Positions 22,227-34,092 of a stretch of DNA of 64,000 nucleotides are shown here, piece by piece (the first letter of the stretch is position 1; every line of letters begins with the position of its first letter). The notes beneath the pieces were generated by a model. That model ran no database searches and was not told where the DNA came from. It saw only the letters and a list, made by a program, of their open reading frames with translations. This DNA comes from Sphagnum compactum. Taxonomy: Eukaryota. The stretch spans positions 5,394,001 through 5,458,000 of the forward strand of contig OZ234493.1 of NCBI GenBank assembly GCA_965153455.1, in the 5' to 3' direction. Made by a program: the position numbers and the translations under genes.

Positions 22227-25200
22227 TCATTGTGCAGAGCTGACAGCCATGGACTCTAAGAGAGAGAGCCGGTTCTTGACAATCTGAAGCTTGTCTTCAG
22301 CTTCTTTTGCTTGATCTCTCACTCCTTGCACTACAGCTGCTGGTGCCTTCTCCACAAACTGCAATCGTTCCACCAATCTTTTTGATTGTCAAAAGCAAAC
22401 TTACTCCCCTCTTCAAACATGACATAAAAAAGTAAGCACTTCAGACATAATTTTGCTGATTAGAGCTGTTATCAAAGTTGGGACAAATGTGCTGCTTCAA
22501 TGTTCAAGTTGTGGGCATCTACTTGCAAAGAACAAGAGATGAGATTCATTGCACACCTTCCGACATCAAAACCTGAAGAAGGGCAATCCATTCATTTTGT
22601 GATTTTGCAGTACAATACAAAAGGCCTTTGTACCTTGGTTGATGAAAGGCGCTTCATACTGGAATCCAAGTCCAATTGCAGTTTGGAGGCCTGCTTATTC
22701 AGCCTTTCAACTTCTTTTCCTATGTCCACCATATCTGTTAATGGTAGATAGGCTTCCAACCCATCTGCCACAACTAAGTGCACTGATTGCATTGCCTCTC
22801 CTGCCCAAACCCAGGAAATACACTCAACATGTAAAGATGCCTTTGTTCAATCAGGAATCTGTCAGGAAAAAAGACACCTTTGTTGAATAAGCCTAGAAGG
22901 AACAAATTCACACCTCTGGTAGGGCTAAGACTTTAAAATCTAAGAGAGAAAACTGTACCACCTGCAAGGCAACTCTGTTGAGGAAATATGCTTGTACCTG
23001 GAGAGCTGGACAGTATCCGAAGATTGTCAGCATCAAGCCTGGAAAGTGCCACCAATACTGCTTTTTCCTCCTGCCCAAAACCCAAAAAACATTGAACCTC
23101 TGTATAAATCCTCCATTGTACCCTCTCCCCAACATCCTGCAATTGTAATTATAAACAAAACAAATGCAGCATTGGGGAAGGTCTCAAAATGGGGGGAAAA
23201 AGGGGGAGGTTGAAAGATTAAGGGGCTGTAAAGTACATCAATCACACTTTGGAAAGTTGGATTTGCCACAATGATGGCTGAGATTCGCTTTCCAGGCTCC
23301 ACTGAATACTCTGCCCGCGCATTCCTTATACTACGAATCTGTCACCACCCATCACATTTTTGAGAAACAATTGTCTAGCTGTTAGGAATGTGATTGAGGT
23401 GCCCATGCATAAAGACTACATACATTCTCTTCTACCCAAGAGAGACATACCAATGCTTGCAAGTCCTCAAAGTGCCGAACGGAAGTTGAGTCCTTGGAAA
23501 GACCTGACTGTGGCCATGTCGAGACTATCAGTGCAGGACCTTCATGTGGAATTCCCTGCAACAAGTGCACTTCATGTTTATACACATGGATCAAACACAA
23601 AATAGAAAACCAGGACCTTCATTTGGGCTTCACTGCACACAGAAGAAATCAATGTCAACCTCAATGTTAACCCTGCATCAGACAAAAAAGCAAATAAAAA
23701 AGAAAATGGCAGCTCCTCCAAACAGCACTGAAATTCTGCACTAAAAACACTCTATAAAAAGTTCACCATTTCTTGGGAATCATGAGTGTTCTAGACATTT
23801 GATTGGTTTCAAGATCTAGACCACCACATACACCCACTACCCATACACCAATGCAATCAAGACCACAAAATGCATCTCCATGCCTCGTGTAGGGATAAAC
23901 CCCAAAAATATGATCAGAAAAAATAAGGATCCAGAGCCCAACCTGCCAAAGCTCTTCAGTGACAAAAGGCATCAAAGGGTGCAATAACCTCAGCACAGCA
24001 TCAAACACATATACTAGCACTGCTTGTGTTTGTGCCAGAGAGGTGGAATCTTCTTTGTTGTAAAGTCGTGTTTTGCTTGCCTCAATGTACCTGTTGCCTC
24101 ACAAAATCATAGTTGCAATTCAATCTTTTGCACTAGGGTATATCAGCAAGCTTTGATGCTGTTTTAGAGCTCAATGAGTCAACAAAGACATTCAAAAGAG
24201 TGAAAGCCACAGTAATTCCAAATGAGAACGTAATCCTGCAATAACAAAGTTGCAAGGAGGAGCTAGTGTACCAGTCGGCAAAATCATCCCAGAAGAATGC
24301 ATAGATAGCACGTGCTGCCTCATTGAAAAATAACCTCTCGTAATCTGTTGTTACTGCATCCACGAGTGCATGTAGCTTTGACACCTGTCATCATGAATCG
24401 GTGGGAAAAAAGGCTGAAACTAAACAACATATGATAAGGACATGCCAGACAACAAGAACACAAAATACTTGAACATCAGATGATACAGAGACTACTACCC
24501 TGAGCTAAATTTTGCACAATGATGGCTGTTTTCAAACTCAAATCTTGTAACAAAGAGCAACCCATCAACAAGATCAGAGGTGCATACAAAATCCAGCAGA
24601 GAATGTGAAGAATGGTTTATATCCCACAAGACCAGAAACCATTTCTCTGGATGCCAGAAAGGAACCATTTTGGTGAACATGGTTGGCACAATGATTCTTC
24701 ATCACAACCAAAAACTGATTTCAAGTAGAAGGATAAGTTCCAGAACACAGCAAGGTGAGCAAAAGTGAGATTAAGAGGAGGGAAAATACATACCACCCAG
24801 CGATCTGTTAAGGGAAGACCACCCAATGCTGCCTCTGTATCAAACTGAGATACCCAGAAAAATTCAACTTCCCATTGTCTTCAATCAAAACTTCTTGGAA
24901 GAAGAAAAGGAAGAAAAAGAATCTGAAAACTGACACATCTAGATGAAGAAAGTGCTTCACCAGCTAAGTAAGCATCTTGAAAGACAATACATCTAGAGGA
25001 AGAAAGTCAAGTTTCTTCCCAAAAAAATTGGATGTGAGCAACGAGGACATACCTGATAATCTTGTAGACGTTTCCAAGCAGCCTCATCCGTGGAAGGTGG
25101 CAAATTTTGGAGAATGAATTTCCCAGCATTCCAGAGCTTGTTGGTGAAACCTTTGTTGGCATTCAATCTCTCCATTGACAAATTCAAATCCTACGTCCAG

Positions 25201-28200
25201 GACAGACAGCACGCAGAACAACATCAGACAAACGATGGAACATTTTTTCCACAAGGTTGTCACTACGATCCAAGAGTGCCATCGCAGGTTTCATGTATTT
25301 CGTCTATCATAACTCAACAGACTGACAGAATCAAGGTTTCTCCACCCAAACAAAAGGAAAGCTATTGAATCACAAAGGTCTACAGCAGAATTTGTGGGTG
25401 CTCAATTTCGTAGAGAGAAAAATAGGACTTCACCTGACCAGGACCACTACCAGTGACAAGCGTAAACCGCAGTGCATCCGTTCCATACTCTTGGATTGTG
25501 TCCAAAGGATCCACCACATTTCCAAGTGACTTTGACATCTTGCGACCCTGTTCATACCACATCACGATCAAATTGATAGCTTCATGATTCCCAGACCCAA
25601 GAACAACAGGTTTTGCTGAGAGGAAAAAAGGTGGCAGGGTACAGAGGAGCTCATGATTATGAGATTTATTAGAAAGAGCACTTGCCGCCTGCAAAGAATG
25701 AGGAAGGGAGGACAAGGAACGAGTCTTTTTTGAACATGATTTACCTGAGGATCTCGAACAAGCCCATGAAGATATACAGTTGAGAAAGGTGACTTTCCAG
25801 TGAATTCAATGCCCATCATTATCATTCTTGCTACCCAGAAGAAGAGAATGTCGTGTCTGATTCCACCCATTGCAATAGGCAATTCTATGTACGTTAGAAA
25901 ATTAAAAATTATCACATGAATCAGTCAGAAAAACCCAACAGAAGAAAAACACAAGAAACATTTCCCCTTCTGCTTCCAAGTGCACCTTCATTTAACATTA
26001 TTGGGTTATGTTTCTCGAGATCCATTTCCATAAAGACTGGAGAGCCAAAGAACAATACCCGGTTTCTAGCACAGAAGTTGGGTAGAATAGCTGGAAATCG
26101 TCTGCAGTGGTGTCAGGCCATCCAAGGGTACTGAAAGGCCATAGCCCACTGCAACTCACCACATATGCCACATTCCATCAATGAGCTGGTGATGACGCAG
26201 TATTCAGACTCACCGGATTTTGTCATACCAAAGTGCACACAGTAGGTTGGTACTACATCTGGACTAACTTTTTATCCTCAAGACAAAGACAAGATCTTCT
26301 GATCATCAGCTGAAGAGGAAAAAATTGTTACCTGGAAAACCAAGTGTCTAACACATCTGACTCTTGGGTAAGTTTCACATCACTGCCATACTTTGCACAG
26401 GCAAGACTATAAGCATCAGCTTCACAGCGTGCAACCACATACTCCTCTTCATCAGTGCCTTCCACATACCATACTGGAATCTGATGACCCCACCATAGCT
26501 GCCGACTGACACACCAGTCCTTTATGTTGGACAGCCAATGGTCATATATCTACTGCCAACCAACCACAAAAAAAAACAGGAAGATTGTAAAGCTCCAATT
26601 GTACTGTTGATGTTCATATGAATATAATGTGATCTTCCCACCCCGAGAAACAAAATCACCACTGTCGGGGAAAAGTTCGATTACCTTTTCAAATCTGTTT
26701 GGAATAATGCAAATTCCACCATCCTGAACAGCTTGCAGCGCTTTCTCTGCTAATGGCTTCATTGTCACAAACCACTGCTTGCTTACCAATGGTTCCACCA
26801 CCTAAAACACCCACAGCCCATAACCATAGTTGCCAGTTTGTGCCTACCCATCACCTGGATCTGATCTCTAATTAAACTCCAACAAAGTGCAAGCTTTGTG
26901 AACCCAGTTTCTACAGTTTCTCAGCTAGAGTTGCACATTCGCTATTTGGGAGAAAACTCTGATCTAATGCCCATTGCAAACAGACAGACAGAATAAGCTC
27001 AAAAGTCACTCAATGTTGTCACTATTGCAACTGTGTCAGAAGAAGCAGCAGCAGCAGCACATTAACATCAACAAAGATTTTGAAACAACGGGTACCTCGC
27101 CGCCTCGTTGGGACCTGGGTACCCGCATTGTGTAGGGGTCTGCCTTGATCGCCAGACCTGCCTTTTCCAGATCAGCCCATAGCTGTTTTCGTGCCTCAAA
27201 TCGGTCTAGTCCACTGCAACCATGGGGAAAAACATGGAGATCTATGCATCAGTACTTGACTTAAGAGAAGTTGGCTCATTGTCATTCACAGATTGGAATT
27301 CACGGGTTGGAAAGATCAGGGGAGAAGGGGTGTACCAATAAACTCCAGCTCGGTCATTGAGGGTACCATCATTATTCATAATATTGATAATTGGAAGATC
27401 CAACTTCTTGCCAATTGCGTAGTCATTTTGGTCATGTCCTGGTGTGATCTTCAAAGCTCCCGTTCCAAATTCTCTCTCAACATACTGCTCAGATGACACC
27501 CAAAAACTTCAACATTTTCTTTAGCTTTTTCAGTGTCATCTTACGGTAATAGTCTGGATTACATTTTCACCATGTTTACTTCAATGATCAATGTCAAAGA
27601 TGGGTGTTGTGATGATTTTTTCCAGTTCTATGTACCTCATCAGCAATGATGGGGATCTGGCGCCCCTCACTCAGTGGGACAACTGCCATTTTCCCTACAT
27701 ACTTTGCATACCGCTCATCCTGCAATATTTTTTTTCCATATAAGACAGATGATGCTCCCAGTCAACCTCCAGGGCTATTATCCCAAAGAGAAACATACAC
27801 AGCTTTTCTTTCCAGTTCCGTAGGATACAAATAAAAAGAAAACCCCCAAGAGTCCAGATCACAATACAAAAGAGCCAGAGCATACAAGAGAGAAAAACTG
27901 ATCTGTGCAATGAGAGTACCCACCTCGGGATGCACTGCAACAGCTGTATCTCCCAACACTGTTTCCGGTCTGGTAGTGGCAACAGGTAAATAGTCATCAC
28001 TGGTTTCAGCAGCAACCCACCGAATCTTTGGATTAGCATTATCTCTTATATAAAAAAATCACTAGTTGAATACAGTAGTTCCATCATCTCCTCTCCTTTG
28101 CAAAAGAAAGAGGGTCTCAACTTTTGTGACCAAACAAATGAGCAAATCAGGTATATACATTCATTCATTCCAAAAGAGTTCTGGTGTACCTTGTACCACC

Positions 28201-31200
28201 CGCAACATGATACTTGAAATAATAGAGTTTGCCTGGCTCCTCACTATATTCCACTTCCTGCACCCCAGCAGAACCTGTGGTTACAGTAAGTCTGTGCGGG
28301 GTTGCCATAGACACATCCCCCCCCCTTCCCCCTGCGTGTAAGGAACTATTGACCAGGAACTAATGCCATTGTGGCGAATGGGGGAGATAGAGGGGCGGGT
28401 GTTTGGTACCAGATCTGACACTGCCGTTTGGAGATTGGGTGACCAATTCACCATGTAACTACCTGTATCAAAGATGTGCATCACAGCTCCAAATGTCAGT
28501 TGACTCTACTATATACTTTTTGAGGTTATATAAAAGATTGCTTGGAAGAGTAGATAGCACAAGCAGAATCTTGTGAACGAGATGGAGATTGTTAACATTA
28601 ACTGTAAAAGGACAGAGTACCTATTGCACCACCAATCCATAGAGAAGGCAAAAATTAGATATACCTACCACGATAAACAAGACCCTTTTCATGGAGATGG
28701 ACAAAAGCCTCCATCACAGCTCCTGCATGCCCCCACCCCCACATGCACCATTCACAATCAATGTCCAAAAGAGTAAATAGCCAAGCATAAAAAACTGAGC
28801 AAAGAATATACAAATTGTCAGTAAGTATAATGCACATGTTTCTGGTAGCTTGATTATGCTTCCAAACAAGATTTTAAGGAGAAGCGGCAGATGGGTCTCA
28901 TCCAATGCTTGATGGGTCTCATCCACAATCAATGAGGGAAAATGTTCATGGACATGAAATGGGTGGATTGGCATTGTCAAGTTTGTAGCAGAATTAAGAG
29001 GAAACCTCCCATGAAGTGCAAAGTTGAGAAGAAAACACTACTTACGACTCAACTGATCATCAAGGGTGAAGCGTTCTCTCGTCCAGTCACATGATGCACC
29101 TAACCGCCGCAGCTGATTTGTGATGGCACCCCCATACCTAGAAGCAATCAATGTTTTTAACTCTCAGAAAAGCTAGCTGCAGTCTCTAGTATTTATGTCT
29201 TTGTCATCTTCTGTCAACTGATTTCTCTCATCTCTAGACTCTTGCTGAACAATGTGCCTTTTTGCAACCAAGCATTGGAAACAAAAGGAAGGCTTTCGCC
29301 CTCAAAAGTTTGAAAGATGTACCAACTTCACAACGTGAGAAAAAGTTTGTGAGAATAACCTAAAACTTAAAAGAAAACAAACAGATTGAAGGGATGATGA
29401 AATGCTGGCACCCAAGTATGAGAAACAAAAGATAGTGAGCAGGGTTTGAAAGCAGGAGTGTATTATACTTTTCTTTCCATTCCCAGACTTTGCTCACAAA
29501 TTCTTCACGACCGAGATCTGTTCGCTTGATACCTTGTGAAGCCAACATTTTCTCCACAACCAACTAAATTTTTTGATTCCACCAAAAGAAAAAAAAAACT
29601 GTCAGAGGATGAGCTTGCTTCTAATATTTCATTCACAACATTGTCTCTTCCTCATATGAAGAACTTGCAACATCAAAACTAGGACTCACAAACACTGAAA
29701 GACCCACCCACCCAACCACCCAACATTGTCTACATTTTGCTTTCTGGCCAGCTGGTGCGCAGGAGAGAGGGCAGGCGTACCTGAGTGGCAATTCCAGCAT
29801 GGTCAGTGCCAGGAAGCCATAAGGTAGGCCTACCTCTCATGCGCCAAAACCGTGTCATTGTATCCTGGCAAACCCAAAACTCAATTCAGTGTTTTGAAGA
29901 GCAATGACACCCATCTTGAACTCTCTCTTCTTCTCATCTTGGGAGCAGGAACAGAAGAAGCAAGAGCAAAACCCCAACACAAGAAGAAAAAAAATATCCA
30001 GGCATAATCATTAAGCAAAGATCATCCATCTTGCGATTTCCATTTTCCATGGAGTTTTGCAATATGGCAGAATGGTCATGACCCACCCACTGTCAAAAAC
30101 TCTCTCTGAGAGAAAGCAAACGATTTCCTGTTCTCCAAGAAGCACAAAGTAAGCAAAGCAAAGCAAATCAAAGCAAATGAAAAAAAAGAATCACCTGAAG
30201 TGTGACAAACATAGCATGGCCCATATGAAGAGCTCCAGTCACATTTGGTGGTGGCATTGATATGACAAAAGGCTCTCCTCCTCCTACAGATGCAGAAGAA
30301 GAAGTGTTGGGCTTGAAATAGCCTTGAGCCTCCCACCTGCACAGATGCAAATCCACACCCCACCCCTCCAAAAAAAGCCTTAAAGTTGTGAACTTCTTTA
30401 CTACTAGAAAAACCCCACATCTATCTCCCCTGCCTGCCACAAGTGATTGCAAAAGAGAAGGGAAAGGTTTTGAAAAGTCTTTAGGTATTCATTCTGGTTA
30501 GAAAGTCATACATACCAGTTGTAAAGATGCTCTTCAGAAGAGAAGTCAAAGTTTTTGGAAAGCTCGATCGGAGCAGCAGCAGCAGCCATGGTTTGTGGCT
30601 GTGGCTGTTGTTGTTGTTCCATGGAAGCTGAAAAACACAAACACACAAAGCTCCATTCAGAGGGGTTGTTGCTCCAGCATTCAAAAGTCCAGAAGCTCTG
30701 TGTCTCTGTCTCTCACACACACTTTGTTGCAGTAGAATTTTTTTTCTACTCTCAAATCAGCAAAACCCATTATGGGATTTGCCAAGCTCCACAACATCTT
30801 GACCAAATCACAACAGTTCAGAACACAATCAAAGCATTGAATGAGCCCAAGAATCAATCATCATGTCAAAACTTCTTCACAAGCCCAAAAGAATCATCAT
30901 GTCAACGACAAATGGCCACAACAACAACAGTTTCAGAGCAAAATCAAAAGCTTTAAAGAATCATGTCAAAGCTTCGAAGAAAACTTCAAGACTCATCATG
31001 TGAAAGCTCCTTAACAAGTCCAAAGTATCATCACGTTGGTGACAATGGCAGCAATAACAACAGTAGTTTCAGAACACAATCAAAAGCTTCAAAGCAGCCA
31101 AAGAATCATCATATCAAAGCATCTTCACAAGACCCAAAGAAGCATCATGTCACAGACAATGGCACCAAGGCCCTTACAAAGAGAGAGATCCAGACAGACA

Positions 31201-31770
31201 GACAGACAGACTCAGAGGTGTCTGTACCAACCATGGGTTTAAGGATTTGGGTGGTGCAATGCTTGGATTTCTCGAGAATTCTTTCTTGTCGAGAATTCTG
31301 GCGAATTCTTGAGAGGAAATCCAGACAAATTCATTCATGAATCACACAATTGCAACTGCAACAAAACCCAATTTGCGGATGTACCAGAATGGGGACTAGC
31401 ACCATAGAAGTCGTAGTGGTGTACCTGCTGCAGCAGAAAGACGAAAAGTGGTGGAAGCGCTTCTGCGTCGTCTGTGTGGAGGAGGAGGCGGAAGATGGAA
31501 ATCTTGTGCCATGAGAAAACCAGAAGAGTTGTTGCATCTTCCGTTGTTTCTGGACACTCCTCGAACCGCCCGTCTTACAGACCGCAATGGTGAAGAAAGC
31601 ACACACCCAGCAGAAGGGAGCGAGGAAGACGCAAGAAGGGAGAGAGACAGTGCTCTTCTTCTCCATAGGCGCAAGGATGAGGACATACGCAGAGTCGTGG
31701 AGTGCAACGCTCCTCCTGGACATCGACAGTTGCGCATTGCTGCGTGACCCAGCAGCTCCACACTCGCCAT
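22227..31770 (-). CDS. valS: Valyl-tRNA synthetase, organellar (plastid/mitochondrial, bacterial-type), 27 exons
   Basis: Exons (-): 31770-31425, 30627-30516, 30336-30195, 29864-29781, 29563-29469, 29137-29046, 28722-28669, 28462-28410, 28257-28190, 27999-27924, 27719-27636, 27484-27336, 27213-27096, 26801-26685, 26549-26332, 26148-26059, 25856-25745, 25547-25434, 25190-25053, 24844-24794, 24384-24272, 24090-23943, 23555-23451, 23338-23237, 23070-22998, 22800-22634, 22358-22227. All introns GT-AG; total 3153 nt = 1050 aa. HIGH-like [68 protein letters not shown] and a C-terminal coiled coil. Ser/Arg-rich transit peptide. Confidence 0.96.
30810..31170. repeat. Three degenerate ~115-150-bp direct repeats in ValRS intron 1
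   Basis: CAGTTTCAGAACACAATCAAAAGC...AAGAATCATCATGTCAAAG...CTTCACAAG.CCAAAG..CATCATGT...GACAATGGC recurs near 30813, 30928 and 31065. Confidence 0.75.
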
Positions 31771-32170
31771 TGCCGTTCTCTCCTCCTCCTACTCGCATCT
31801 ACCCATCATCATCGTCTTCTTCTTCGCGTCCTGCTCCTGCTGAACTCCTGCTGCGCTTTTTGTGTGTTGCCTTTTGTGGCTAGATTTCTGAGCCCTAGAT
31901 AGAACCACGACCACGACGACGGTGGTGTTGCAACTTCCTCGTACAGGAATCAGGATTGTTCATCTAGGCATCGGCAAGTCTTTCCGCATCGGGATCTGCC
32001 GGCGACGAGGAACTCACGACCCAAAGTCGCTGAATCCTGCGACAATCCTCCGCATTTCTCTCGCATACCTACTACCCATGTTGCGATTCTGGTTTCTTCT
32101 TGCGCTGCTCTTGGCTCCGTGAGACTCTCTCTCTGCTGAGAGTCTGTGGGTTCGTAGAAACAAGCAAAGG
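31771..32170. promoter_or_regulatory. Probable bidirectional promoter / shared 5' region of ValRS and ATP12
   Basis: Divergent ATGs at 31770 (-) and 32171 (+) are 400 bp apart. GC-rich, CpG-rich island with CT-rich leader tracts on both sides. Confidence 0.7.
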
Positions 32171-33914
32171 ATGATGGCACTAAGAGGAGCAGGAGCAGGG
32201 GCGCTTCTTTTCCGTGCGCTTTTCCGGCACCCAACGTGCTCCTCAACAGTAGTAGTTTCTTACAATGTTCTCCTCCCTGTCGAAGAGTCTGTTGGGTTGT
32301 TGTTGTTGCCGGAAACGAGCTTGCACGCTCCTGTTTTAGGTGGATTCTCTTCTTGCTTGGGTTTTCGAGGATTTGCTGCTGCTGCTGAGGTGAAGAAGAA
32401 CAATGCAGCGGCAGCAGCGGATGTGGTGCCGCGACCAAGCATGCCGAGGCTGAGCAGCAATGGGATCTTGGGTCGTCGCTTCTACAAGAAAGCGCATGTG
32501 AAACCTGCGGAAGACAGATCATCAGGGTGGTATGTGGTGCTGCTGGACAATCGCGTGCTCAAGACACCAGCCAAGAAGCCCTTGAAAGTACCCAATGCAG
32601 CTCTCGCACATGCCATCGCCGCCGAATGGGAATGGCAGGTAGGTGTGCATGCATGCATGTACCAAACCCCTTGAAGCTCACAAACCCCCCCCCCCCTCTC
32701 TGTCTCTCTGTGTATTGAGGGCTTGGATGGTTGCTGGGTTGTGTTGTTGGCAGGACAGTAGTGGCATCCGACCTTTCACAATGCCACTCATGAAACTGGC
32801 TGCCACCTCCATCGATCAGATGCCAAGCGACCGTGATCGTGTCGTCGAATCACTCTTGAAGTACTTCCATACCGATTCTCTATGTCTTCGAGCTCCCGAC
32901 ATGGACCCTCTTGCAGGTCTCCCCTTCTCTCTCTCCCTCTCAGTGGACATGGATCCTCTTGCAGGTTCCCTTCTCTCTCTAAACCCTAAACCCTCTCTTA
33001 TTTCTCTTTCTCTCTCTCAGGATATGGATCCTCTTGCATGTTCTCTCTGTCTCTCTCTGTGTTCACTCAGATCTTTGTTTCATGGGTTGCTTGAGTGGGG
33101 AATTTCTGAAAGGTGCACATACATGGTGTTCTCATAGATTCATCTTCTTCTTGAAGCTTCTCTATGATGGTTCTTCTCTCTTTCTCTTTGTCCTCTTTTC
33201 TGTGTTTACTTCTGTTTAGGGTTTTGCTGCTTTGAATAGTTCCTCTGTCTTCTTCTTCCTGGGTGGTGGGTTTGTTTTCTTTGACCATCATCATCCTTGA
33301 CTCATTTGCATTGATATGTCCACCCTCCTCCTCCATCAAATTGGGAATGTTGTTTGTTGTTGTTGGAGAATATCTACATGTGTGTGTTCATGTGTGTGCA
33401 GAGAAACAGGTGAAGATGTGGGACCCATTGCTTGATTGGTTCAAGAGTGAGATTGGTGTTCGACCTTTGGTTACTTCAAGCATCTTTGGCACAACGCAAC
33501 CTCCCGAGGTGTTGGATGCTGTGGAGAAAGCAGTCCGTCAATGTAGTGATTGGCAATTAGCAGCAGTTGATTGGTTGGCAGGAACCGCACGCTCACTGAT
33601 TGTGGCATTGGCGATAGCTCGAGGTCGACTGGGCATTGAGGAAGCAATTGAGATCATTCGACTTGAGGAAGATCACCAGGCATGTATCTATGTGTGGCAT
33701 GCAAATGTTTTTTTTCCTGACACAGTTATTTTTCCTTTTGTATTGAACCTCAAATCTCTCAATGCCAACAAGTAGTGCTGCTAACTGACATCATTGTTGT
33801 TGACATGTCTTGTAGGTGGAGGATTGGGGTTATGTAGAAGGAGGCCATGACATTGATGAGGCTGACATTCGTGTCAAAATCTCCTCTTGCTCTGTTTTCT
33901 TGAGATTACTGTAG
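32171..33914 (+). CDS. ATP12: ATP synthase mitochondrial F1 complex assembly factor 2 (ATP12/ATPAF2)
   Basis: Exons 32171-32638, 32754-32916, 33402-33679, 33816-33914 (1008 nt, 335 aa); intron 3 is GC-AG. Motifs RRFYKK, LDNRVLKTPAKKPL, LAHAIAAEWEWQ, IRPFTMPLMKLA, WDPLLDW and RLEEDHQ|VEDWGYVEGGHD. Confidence 0.94.
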
Positions 33915-34021
33915 GTGAGCAAGCAAGCGAGCACTGTTTCTTCTGCACAAAGTTAAAAATAAGTACACAGATATCATTTGATCCAATCCAGGAGTAGAAG
34001 AAGAATGCCTCCAATTTCTGT

Positions 34022-34092
34022 CACCTTCCAGCGGCTAATGCTTGATTTCAGTTGCGTGCCACCTTCCAGCGGCTAATGCTTGATTTCAGTTG
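34022..34092 (+). repeat. Perfect 33-bp direct duplication (38-bp period) in the ATP12 3' region
   Basis: CACCTTCCAGCGGCTAATGCTTGATTTCAGTTG at 34022-34054 and 34060-34092. Confidence 0.95.

Noticed and set aside
26185-26310. GTGATGA...CTGA box C/D snoRNA-like segment in ValRS intron 15
   Set aside because: Antisense to the host gene, terminal pairing overlaps the C box, and no recognisable guide.
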